Below, piece after piece: positions 57,416 through 64,000 of a stretch of 64,000 nucleotides of DNA. The notes beneath the pieces were generated by a model. It searched no databases. It saw only the letters and a list, made by a program, of their open reading frames with translations, and was not told where the DNA came from. A program made the position numbers and the translations under genes. Position 1 is the first letter of the stretch. Every line of letters begins with the position of its first letter. The DNA is from a virus (lineage: Duplodnaviria; Heunggongvirae; Uroviricota; Caudoviricetes). The DNA lies in the IMG/VR virus record IMGVR_UViG_3300033067_000531; one strand, 5' to 3'.

Positions 57416-57738
57416 TATAATCCTTTCGGATACATCATCAAAAACTCAGCACCAACATCAAATGACACATATGAGCTGCGTTGCATACCCTGCTCGGAAT
57501 ACTCAATATCGTTGGTTCCAAACAAAATGCGAATATGTTCCAAAAATGCAGGATCAGTATAAATCAAACCATCAGTTTTCACATTCCATGATTTTGGGTT
57601 GAAATATACACACAATTCACCAAAATCACAGGTATCGTTGCAATATGGCACATCGTAACCTTTTAATTTCACATCAGCCACACGTTCCGACCATAGTCCG
57701 GTGCCCGAGGTTGTCACAACCGCAGCAATTTGTTTCAT
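57415..57738 (-). CDS. Hypothetical protein (start MKQIAAVV..., 107 aa)
   Basis: ORF 57415-57792 trimmed; promoter module and conserved leader ...TTTGAAAGGCAACAAAATG place the start at 57738. Confidence 0.45.
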   Translation of the reverse strand: MKQIAAVVTTSGTGLWSERVADVKLKGYDVPYCNDTCDFGELCVYFNPKSWNVKTDGLIYTDPAFLEHIRILFGTNDIEYSEQGMQRSSYVSFDVGAEFLMMYPKGL

Positions 57739-57828
57739 TTTGTTGCCTTTCAAACTATGGATGGAGTATAACACAAGTGGTAGAAATGGCAACCTAATAC
57801 TTTAGTACTCCATTTCTCCGGTCAACTA

Positions 57829-58032
57829 TTAATTGACTTTGTAGGGACCTTCCGCTTGCATATACCAGTCCGGTGCAGGACCTGGGGGATTGGTGGAATT
57901 ATACTTTGCAACAAAAGCATCGGCTTCAGCAAAATTGTCAAAATATTTGGTTTCGTCAATCTTACGGCCCCAGCCACGTTCCGATTCGATAATATCAACA
58001 CGGTACAAACCAGCAAATTTTACTTCAGCCAT
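57829..58032 (-). CDS. Small protein (67 aa)
   Basis: ORF track. Confidence 0.4.
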   Translation of the reverse strand: MAEVKFAGLYRVDIIESERGWGRKIDETKYFDNFAEADAFVAKYNSTNPPGPAPDWYMQAEGPYKVN

Positions 58033-58043
58033 GATTTTCTCCT

Positions 58044-58265
58044 TTAGTCAAGCAATACCATATATTCGGCAGGGAAATACTTACGGAACCAATCCAAACC
58101 CTTGCGGACGGTTGTATAATCACCAAACATCTCAGCACCACGCATGGTATCATAGACAGCAACGGCATCTGGTTCAAGCATTACACTTTCACCGCTAAAT
58201 GGGTTTTCAACACGGACAGGTGCTTCGTCCAACACCATACAATCAAAGGGGAGCTTACGGGTCAT
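58044..58265 (-). CDS. Small protein (73 aa, MTRKLPFD...)
   Basis: ORF track; promoter module and conserved leader directly upstream. Confidence 0.5.
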   Translation of the reverse strand: MTRKLPFDCMVLDEAPVRVENPFSGESVMLEPDAVAVYDTMRGAEMFGDYTTVRKGLDWFRKYFPAEYMVLLD

Positions 58266-58353
58266 TTTGTTGTCCTTTTCAAATCTATGGATGGAGTATA
58301 CGTCAAAGTGATAGAAATGGCAACCTGTATACTTTAGTTCTCGACCAATCCGG

Positions 58354-58578
58354 TCAGTCTTTCAATTCATAAGGTGAGATACACCAACCATTAATTTCAA
58401 TAATATCCACTTCCCTGAAGGATTTTGTATGTGGTCGGTGTGATATAACCATTTTTTCACCAGATAATCCATAGGTGTCGGAACAATCACTAACGCTAAA
58501 ATTAATGGATACTCTATATTTCTCCAATAGAGCCTTTAATTCAGCACGGAATTCTTTAATTTCTTGTTCGGTCATCAA
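58354..58578 (-). CDS. Small protein (74 aa)
   Basis: ORF track. Confidence 0.4.
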   Translation of the reverse strand: MMTEQEIKEFRAELKALLEKYRVSINFSVSDCSDTYGLSGEKMVISHRPHTKSFREVDIIEINGWCISPYELKD

Positions 58579-58775
58579 TAATCCCCTTGGTAAATAATAT
58601 CACAAAACCAATCGCCAGCACGGTCATAAATCAAACGATATTTTTTGTCGTTCAATTCATAATAGAACTCTGAGCAGTCCTTGTCATATTCAATATTGAA
58701 TGGTTCCAATTTGGCATCACAAATTTGTTTATATACCAATTTGGTTTCTTCGGTTGATAATTGGACTTCGGTCAT
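58575..58775 (-). CDS. Small protein (66 aa)
   Basis: ORF track. Confidence 0.4.
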   Translation of the reverse strand: MTEVQLSTEETKLVYKQICDAKLEPFNIEYDKDCSEFYYELNDKKYRLIYDRAGDWFCDIIYQGDY

Positions 58776-58978
58776 TAGTTCCCCGCATAAATTGAGATAT
58801 ATTGAGCACCATCGTCCAAATCAAATGGACCACATTGGTCATCAATTTCATCGGTAACACGTGCCGAACTCAATAGGCCACAATCACCGGATGCACCATG
58901 GCGGTAGAATACTTCCAAATCACCATGGCCTTGTTCTTGCAATTTGACCAAATTAGCAATAAAATCATTCAGTTTCAT
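58775..58978 (-). CDS. Small protein (67 aa)
   Basis: ORF track. Confidence 0.4.
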   Translation of the reverse strand: MKLNDFIANLVKLQEQGHGDLEVFYRHGASGDCGLLSSARVTDEIDDQCGPFDLDDGAQYISIYAGN

Positions 58979-58981
58979 ATA

Positions 58982-59434
58982 TTACTCCACAACTCGAACT
59001 TGGATTTTATTCACAATGGTATTCAAATCAATTTCCATAGCAGTACCAAGGACCATTTCTTTGATATAAAAATGGCGAGAACGTGCTTGGTATGAATGGC
59101 CATGGTCGGAATATGTAATGGACACCATTCGGTTGACCACATCATATCGCTTACCATTAATTTCAACGGCCGAGATATTATCAACACGGACACCATTCAG
59201 GTAATACTCGTCCGATTCCCAGTTGTTTTTATATTTCAATATGTGGGATTCTTTGGCAATTTCCTTCTCCAAATAGTCCTCGATATTATAGCAAACTTTG
59301 ATGGCACCATCCAATGCCGTGAAATTATGGCCTTTCAATACATCCAAGACCTCACACATTAAGGTCGTGGCAGTTTCCAATTTGTTTAATGCCGTGAGTT
59401 TTTCCAATTTGTTTACTGTTTCTTGGTTTGTCAT
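58982..59434 (-). CDS. Hypothetical protein (150 aa)
   Basis: ORF track. Confidence 0.45.
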   Translation of the reverse strand: MTNQETVNKLEKLTALNKLETATTLMCEVLDVLKGHNFTALDGAIKVCYNIEDYLEKEIAKESHILKYKNNWESDEYYLNGVRVDNISAVEINGKRYDVVNRMVSITYSDHGHSYQARSRHFYIKEMVLGTAMEIDLNTIVNKIQVRVVE

Positions 59435-59706
59435 TTGATTTTAATTCCTAATGCTTCTTTTTCCATTTCGGACAACTTGGCCAATGCGCCTTTGATGATA
59501 TTCTCCCGTGAATACAATTCCACTTCCTTCAGGTCTTCAAAAACCATATAAGTTTTCTTTACACGGTTTTTACCCATATATGCCTTGTTTTTATCGTTCG
59601 CAATATATTGAGCGGCCAATGCTTCCGTTTCAAAATAGGCAATATGACGGATTTCACGGTCATAACCAGAATATACTTCCCAACAATCAATATTATGCTG
59701 AAACAT
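59431..59706 (-). CDS. Hypothetical protein (91 aa)
   Basis: ORF track. Confidence 0.4.
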   Translation of the reverse strand: MFQHNIDCWEVYSGYDREIRHIAYFETEALAAQYIANDKNKAYMGKNRVKKTYMVFEDLKEVELYSRENIIKGALAKLSEMEKEALGIKIK

Positions 59707-59731
59707 TTTACTTTACCTCAATGCTATCCAA

Positions 59732-59986
59732 TTAGATAGATTCCAACAATTCAATGCGCTCACGCAAATCTGCTACCTCATCGGCATCCGATTCTTCATC
59801 TAAACGTTCCAAATCGTAACGTAGGTCCTCAATCATATTATCCGCAAATTCGGAGCACATGATACGGTAGGCCGTTGGGTCCATTTCCTTGATAATCGCT
59901 GATGGGTAGAATTCCATGCCAGCAACGGTAACCACGCCGTCCATATCCAACATTTCGTCAACCATTTCCTCAATCATTTCACGCAT
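59732..59986 (-). CDS. Acidic protein (start MREMIEEMVDEM..., 84 aa)
   Basis: ORF 59732-60046 trimmed; TTGACT-N17-TATAAT promoter and AAGGA SD place the start at 59986. Confidence 0.45.
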   Translation of the reverse strand: MREMIEEMVDEMLDMDGVVTVAGMEFYPSAIIKEMDPTAYRIMCSEFADNMIEDLRYDLERLDEESDADEVADLRERIELLESI

Positions 59987-60121
59987 TGCTGTTCCTTTTC
60001 GTTTTTTTGTTGAATCAATTATACCAGAATTGCTACCTGAAGTCAACCTGAATACTTTAATACTCCATCTACCTACTGGAGAACTAAAGTATACAGGTTA
60101 GTGTATACTAACCAAAAAGTA

Positions 60122-60325
60122 TTAAAATCTACCTTCTGTCTGGTTATTGAAAACCATCATATCAAATTCCATTTCGATACCGCAAACCAAATCATACACA
60201 TCATCCGAATTGTAAGACATTAGTTCATCATATAACGCCTTCACCATCGGATCCGCATAACCGTAAGCATTCAGAGCTTCGTCATACTCTTTCAATAGTA
60301 AGTCTAAAGTTTTCATTTTGCTCAT
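60122..60325 (-). CDS. Small protein (67 aa)
   Basis: ORF track; AAGGAACACT-ATG SD. Confidence 0.45.
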   Translation of the reverse strand: MSKMKTLDLLLKEYDEALNAYGYADPMVKALYDELMSYNSDDVYDLVCGIEMEFDMMVFNNQTEGRF

Positions 60326-60492
60326 AGTGTTCCTTTGTATACTTTATCATTAATGGTAGACCTTAGTACTACAATTTCATCATCTGTAAACTTTGGTACT
60401 ATTCCATTCAATTTGTCAAACAATAGTTCTAATTCATTAGAGGTTAGAACTAAAGTATACATTTCCTGTTTTGTGTCTTGTTGCTGTATCAT
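60322..60492 (-). CDS. Small protein (start MIQQQDTKQEMYTL..., 56 aa)
   Basis: ORF 60322-60531 trimmed because its first codons overlap the promoter -35/-10 (TTGCCT-N16-TATAAT). Confidence 0.4.
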   Translation of the reverse strand: MIQQQDTKQEMYTLVLTSNELELLFDKLNGIVPKFTDDEIVVLRSTINDKVYKGTL

Positions 60493-60500
60493 GTTAGCAA

Positions 60501-60689
60501 TTATACCAGAAAATCCGAAAAAGGCAAGCATAATTGACCAGTCCGGTCAAGTATTACTCCATCATATGCTATTACATACAGTAATGCTAATTCTCTATTA
60601 GATAGAACCAAAGTATTACCAGAGGGGAATTGAATTTCGTAGGTCATGGGTAGAATATAACCGAATCCTGTAGGAATGGCAAGTCGCAC
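60501..60689 (-). CDS. Small protein (62 aa)
   Basis: ORF track; last minus-strand ORF before the noncoding junction. Confidence 0.3.
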   Translation of the reverse strand: MRLAIPTGFGYILPMTYEIQFPSGNTLVLSNRELALLYVIAYDGVILDRTGQLCLPFSDFLV

Positions 60690-61143
60690 AAAAGTACTCC
60701 ATTCCTGTAATGGGTTATTATATGAAAAGTCAATAAAATCAACAGCTTATCCACAGCTCCTAGAATGTTCCGAAGTCTTGTGGGTAAGCTGTTGATAACG
60801 CTAGTTGCCGTGCGCACCAATAATCGCAACTATACGCCACCGCTTTGTAATTAATCCGACTTAGTTTGTGGGTTAGATGCCATTTTATTACAGGATCATC
60901 CCCAATGGGTCAAAAAGTATTACACAAGACCCGCTTAGTATCTCTGTTTTCATTCTCTCGGACGCCTGCAAACCAAAAGACTACATCCTGGAATGTAGTC
61001 GTAAGTATTCATCCGGTAATGACAGGCAGGTGCCACGTCCATCCCAGTCTTGCTTTCGAATGGGTCAATTATACACCAACCGTGCCCCTTGGCAATATAC
61101 GAAAAAAGTTCTCATATGATCCGGTCAAGTATTATTTCAATGC

Positions 61144-61172
61144 TTGCCAAAATGCAGTTTTTCGCTTACAAT
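61144..61172 (+). promoter_or_regulatory. Sigma70-type promoter TTGCCA-N17-TACAAT
   Basis: Followed by conserved leader CCAATCCATGATAGTTGAAAAGGATTCGAAAATG. Confidence 0.5.
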
Positions 61173-61203
61173 CCAATCCATGATAGTTGAAAAGGATTCG
61201 AAA

Positions 61204-61350
61204 ATGAACCGCCACGATACCATTGAGCTTATTCTAGACCACGCCATTCAGCAAGGCCGTTATTCTGCCAATTATATGGCTCAGCTGACAGCTATGACAG
61301 ATACCGAGCTGGATGCTGAATTGTCTCGCTTAGAGGATCTGGCTGTATGA
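61204..61350 (+). CDS. Small protein (48 aa, MNRHDTIELILDHAIQQGRYSANYMAQLTAMTDTELDAELSRLEDLAV)
   Basis: ORF 61144-61350 trimmed to the ATG positioned by promoter and AAGGA SD. Confidence 0.45.
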   Translation: MNRHDTIELILDHAIQQGRYSANYMAQLTAMTDTELDAELSRLEDLAV

Positions 61351-61487
61351 CAAACCAACAACAAACCCCACAGGACCAAGCATGGGAGCGCCTGAAGCAG
61401 AAGCTCTCCACGCCTGAATTGCTGGCTGTGCTGAAGAGGTTGGCCAACAAATAACCCACTGGCATACTGGAAGAAAAAAGTTTACAG

Positions 61488-61516
61488 TTGCCAAAACGGT
61501 AAAAATCAGTTAGAAT
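61488..61516 (+). promoter_or_regulatory. Sigma70-type promoter TTGCCA-N17-TAGAAT
   Basis: Followed by leader CCATTCCATAGTAAATTGAAAAGGACGCAAAAAATG. Confidence 0.5.
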
Positions 61517-61550
61517 CCATTCCATAGTAAATTGAAAAGGACGCAAAAAA

Positions 61551-61873
61551 TGCAAAAGCTCTTCGCCGCTCTCTCTATCGCTGACCAACGTGCCATGCTC
61601 AAGACCCTCCGTGCCGATTATGTCACCAACGTGGCTAATGCCAAGGCTGCAAAGGTACAGGCAAAAGAAGCCAAGGCACTTGCCAAGGCTGAAAAGCAGG
61701 CAGCATCCATTGCCAAGGCACAGGCTCGATTGGATAAACTGCTCGCAAAGCAGGCTGGTCTGGTTGGTACCAAAGCCGCAAAGGCAAACCGCAAACCAGG
61801 CAAGGTTGTGACATATGGTGCCGAGGACAATGCCATAGCCTCTGCTATTATGGCGAAAAAGGCAAGCGCCTAA
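61551..61873 (+). CDS. Ala/Lys-rich basic protein (107 aa), histone H1-like/AlgP-like low-complexity DNA-binding candidate
   Basis: 'AKAAKVQAKEAKALAKAEKQAASIAKAQARLDKLLAKQAGLVGTKAAKANRKPGK'. Confidence 0.5.
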
Positions 61874-61902
61874 TTTGACCCAGTAAACCGGTCGACTATT
61901 GG

Positions 61903-61930
61903 TTGCCATCCTGACCGGTTGTGGTATACT
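61903..61930 (+). promoter_or_regulatory. Sigma70-type promoter TTGCCA-N16-TATACT
   Basis: Preceded by ACCGGTCGACTATTGG element; leader CCATTCCATAGTGATAAGGAATGAAAATG. Confidence 0.5.
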
Positions 61931-61956
61931 CCATTCCATAGTGATAAGGAATGAAA

Positions 61957-62148
61957 ATGAAAACCGCAAGCATCAGAGAATTAAAGGCAAAGCAGGACGA
62001 AGCACTGCTCCGATACCATGCTGAGTTTGCCGCTTTGGAAGAGCAAATCAAGGCTATCCGTAAGGTGCGTGGTACCGTATTGAAGCCAAAGGGTATCGGA
62101 GAGGAATGGTTTGAGCCAGGTCGCTCGCGTGAACCAGGTCCACGATAA
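61957..62148 (+). CDS. Small basic protein (about 63 aa, MKTASIRELKAKQDEALLRYHAEF...)
   Basis: ORF 61951-62148; second ATG has better SD spacing. Confidence 0.45.
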   Translation: MKTASIRELKAKQDEALLRYHAEFAALEEQIKAIRKVRGTVLKPKGIGEEWFEPGRSREPGPR

Positions 62149-62172
62149 CCCACCAATCTGGTCGACAATTGG

Positions 62173-62201
62173 TTGCCATTCCATGTGGTTTGCGGTATAA
62201 T
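62173..62201 (+). promoter_or_regulatory. Sigma70-type promoter TTGCCA-N17-TATAAT
   Basis: Preceded by GGTCGACAATTGG; leader ...AACAAAAGGACAGCATTATG. Confidence 0.5.
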
Positions 62202-62231
62202 TGATCCAACAAAAAACAAAAGGACAGCATT

Positions 62232-62330
62232 ATGACATTTTCCCGCTTAGAAGCTCTTGTGGTTAACTTGGTACTGGTTGCCGCAGTGATAACCGTTGCT
62301 TTGGATATCTTGGTTTGGAGAGCAGTATGA
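62232..62330 (+). CDS. Tiny membrane peptide (32 aa, MTFSRLEALVVNLVLVAAVITVALDILVWRAV)
   Basis: Hand translation; AAGGA SD 8 nt upstream; single TM; ATGA overlap with next ORF. Confidence 0.4.
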   Translation: MTFSRLEALVVNLVLVAAVITVALDILVWRAV

Positions 62331-62494
62331 ATTTCCTCCGTAAGCAAATCCTTTCACGTGGAATTGTGGTTTTTATGGCATTCTATGTGCTGGTGGTTGG
62401 CCTCTACAATCCACGCAAAATGCTGGATGCTGTGACGGATGCCATAGGTCGGAATGATATGGTGGATGCTGAGATAGACCGACTCCACAAATAA
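62327..62494 (+). CDS. Small membrane protein (55 aa, MNFLRKQILSRGIVVFMAFYVLVVGLYNPRK...)
   Basis: Hand translation codon by codon; translationally coupled to the preceding peptide. Confidence 0.4.
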   Translation: MNFLRKQILSRGIVVFMAFYVLVVGLYNPRKMLDAVTDAIGRNDMVDAEIDRLHK

Positions 62495-62527
62495 CCCACT
62501 AGGTGGATGGAATGAAAAAGTATTAGG

Positions 62528-62555
62528 TTGCCATTTTCAGTGGTTGTGGTATAAT
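62528..62555 (+). promoter_or_regulatory. Sigma70-type promoter TTGCCA-N16-TATAAT
   Basis: GGTTGCCATTTTCAGTGGTTGTGGTATAATTCTTCCAACAAATCAACAAAAGGACAGCAAATG. Confidence 0.5.
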
Positions 62556-62585
62556 TCTTCCAACAAATCAACAAAAGGACAGCAA

Positions 62586-63230
62586 ATGGTCAAGCTCTCA
62601 AAAACCTCCAAGTTAGGCACCAAATCATGGTCCCTCCAAGCAATTGAAACCTGTCCCGGTTCTGTGGGTAAGGATGGCGAATTGGTCCCTGCTTGCTCTG
62701 GTTGCTATGCCACCACCGGTATGTACCACTTTGGTGCTGTGAAAGCTGTCCGTGCTGACAATAAGGCAGACTGGCAGCGTGCTGAATGGACCACTGATAT
62801 GATCCAAGCACTTAAAAAGGACACCCACTTCCGTTGGTTTGATTCTGGCGATATGTACGCTCTCGAGCTGGCAGAGAAAATGCTTGCCATCATGGCTGCC
62901 ACCCCTAACACCAAGCACTGGTTGCCCACCCGTATGCACAAATTTGCCAAGTTTAAGCCAGTGCTAGAGAAAATGATGGCCTTGCCTAACGTGATGGTCC
63001 GTCCCTCTAGTGATGCTGTGGATGGCACGTACACCAAAGGCGTGCATGGTAGCACTATCGTTCCGGATTCTACCTCAACACCATCCGGCGTTACCTTGTG
63101 CCCAGCATACACCCAAGGTGGTAAGTGCCTGACCTGCCGTGCCTGCTATGACAAATCCGTGGAGGTTATCGGATACCCTGCCCATGGTAAGAAAATGGCA
63201 AAGGTTATCCGCTTGGCTGTTGCTGCTTAA
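62586..63230 (+). CDS. Hypothetical protein (214 aa) with conserved Cys cluster 'ETCPGS...VPACSGCYATTGMY' (possibly Gp37/Gp68 (DUF5131)-like)
   Basis: ORF 62544-63230 trimmed to MVKLSK at 62586 by promoter and SD; Cys motif resembles the CxxxCxxCYA pattern of that family (weak recall). Confidence 0.4.
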   Translation: MVKLSKTSKLGTKSWSLQAIETCPGSVGKDGELVPACSGCYATTGMYHFGAVKAVRADNKADWQRAEWTTDMIQALKKDTHFRWFDSGDMYALELAEKMLAIMAATPNTKHWLPTRMHKFAKFKPVLEKMMALPNVMVRPSSDAVDGTYTKGVHGSTIVPDSTSTPSGVTLCPAYTQGGKCLTCRACYDKSVEVIGYPAHGKKMAKVIRLAVAA

Positions 63231-63260
63231 TTGAATTGCTGTCCCACTGCTTGTGGGTTG

Positions 63261-63296
63261 GAGGCACTGCTCTTCTGGGTGGTGCCTCTTTTTTTG
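63261..63296 (+). terminator. Rho-independent terminator ending the plus-strand early unit
   Basis: GAGGCACTGCTCTTCTGGGTGGTGCCTCTTTTTTTGG: 7-bp stem plus T7 run. Confidence 0.65.
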
Positions 63297-63435
63297 GTGG
63301 TTGCGGTTTGACTGTGGTTGTAGTACTTTTTGACTATTAAACCATGGAATGGGAAGCCCCATAGGGAAGCGTTAGCTAATAAAAGCTCCTCCAGGTCAAA
63401 CTCTTTTTTTCCATTTTTTATTTTCTGGGGCCCCT

Positions 63436-63669
63436 CTAAGGATTTCGTTTTTTCGTTCCTGAGGATTTTTTCTTGGACCGGAAATAGATTCTTTTGAAAT
63501 CTACAAAGGACATTCTAAATTCCAACCTAGGGTCATCCTCTTTGGCTTTTCGCCATGCATCGGCCGCCTTTGAGTTTTTTCTTATCTTATTACTAAAAGC
63601 TTTATTCAGTCCTTCTGTCACATCATTCTGATAAAGACCGGAACCTGAATGTGTATTTTTCTTACTCAT
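63436..63669 (-). CDS. Small basic protein (77 aa)
   Basis: ORF track; Lys/Arg-rich; codon usage differs from the rest of the window. Confidence 0.4.
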   Translation of the reverse strand: MSKKNTHSGSGLYQNDVTEGLNKAFSNKIRKNSKAADAWRKAKEDDPRLEFRMSFVDFKRIYFRSKKKSSGTKKRNP

Positions 63670-63848
63670 TTCTTCCTCAAGGCCAGTTCTAAGAGCTCTC
63701 TATCAATTTCTCGAGCCAACATCGCGGCTCCTCTATTGATACCCTCTTGGTATTTCTTTTTATTTTGGGCAACGCAACAACCGCAAGGTAGAAGTTTCTC
63801 TGGTTTACCCTTCATCTTTACATTACCGTAATTCTGATACTTACTCAT
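63666..63848 (-). CDS. Small basic protein (60 aa) with CGCC motif
   Basis: ORF track; ATGA overlap with neighbours. Confidence 0.4.
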   Translation of the reverse strand: MSKYQNYGNVKMKGKPEKLLPCGCCVAQNKKKYQEGINRGAAMLAREIDRELLELALRKK

Positions 63849-64000
63849 TCCTGTAGGTCCTTATACATCCACTCATACTCTTGCAGTCTCTCTATCTCCA
63901 GAGCCGCTTCATCTAGTAGGTCTGCAAGTCTGTCAGGTTGACCTTCTTGCACGGACTTTCTTGACGGTATCTGCCTTCTGATTTCTGCTCGTTTTCTTAG
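63845..64000 (-). CDS. 5'-partial ORF continuing beyond the window end (...ADLLDEAALEIERLQEYEWMYKDLQE*)
   Basis: Hand translation of the minus strand; stop overlaps the next ATG (ATGA). Confidence 0.35.
   Translation of the reverse strand, partial: LRKRAEIRRQIPSRKSVQEGQPDRLADLLDEAALEIERLQEYEWMYKDLQE

Noticed and set aside
60866-61183. Plus-strand ORFs 60866-61183 (105 aa) and 60877-61119 (80 aa)
   Set aside because: They sit in a GC-richer repeat-containing non-coding junction directly upstream of a clean promoter for the 61204 gene. They lack a promoter or SD of the local type and have atypical composition.
1-64000. CRISPR arrays, rRNA genes, transposases/IS elements, integrase
   Set aside because: No regularly spaced direct repeats of CRISPR type, no rRNA-like conserved blocks and no transposase or integrase motifs were seen. 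The repeated elements that are present are promoter modules with gene-proximal placement.

Overview
This window reads as a T4-like myovirus genome from a marine host, with low GC and about 150 tightly packed genes. The marine-host inference rests on the accessory genes: phoH, cobS, two 2OG-Fe(II) oxygenases, a SleB-type wall hydrolase and an SPFH protein.

Layout:
- 1-17.3 kb (minus strand): baseplate and tail-fibre module, with gp25, gp6 and a gp5-like OB-fold hub recognisable.
- 17.3-22.7 kb (plus strand): gp4 head completion, gp2, a gp19/gp3 tail-tube-fold protein and a gp29-like tape measure.
- 22.7-31.2 kb (minus strand): gp32 SSB, a HAD nucleotidase, the gp59 helicase loader, a SleB-like hydrolase, then the accessory operon described below and phoH.
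- 31-60.7 kb (minus strand): a long early-type array of small genes, including cobS, rIIA, rIIB, two DnaQ-like exonucleases, a metallophosphoesterase, a Pol-beta nucleotidyltransferase and an SPFH/prohibitin-like protein.
- 61.2-63.3 kb: a short plus-strand early unit.
- 63.3-64 kb: a compositionally different minus-strand block.

Most notable observations:
1. A permuted two-piece tmRNA (ssrA) on the minus strand at about 25.45-25.79 kb. It has a G3:U70 acceptor stem, a canonical T-arm plus CCA, and a tag frame encoding ANDESYALAA.
2. A translationally coupled operon at 26.5-30.4 kb. It combines a Cys-rich protein (13 Asn-Cys dipeptides, fused to an auto-cleaving intramolecular-chaperone domain) with a radical-SAM/SPASM enzyme, an unknown protein and two 2OG-Fe(II) oxygenases. 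It looks like a RiPP-style modification system acting on a phage fibre-like protein.
3. A family of at least 13 near-identical sigma70-type promoter modules (TTGCCA-N16/17-TATAAT or TATACT) with conserved leaders.
4. A three-copy small-gene family (MNERIKEL...EHFGVEE).

All calls are by eye from the sequence and from remembered family motifs. No database searches were run.
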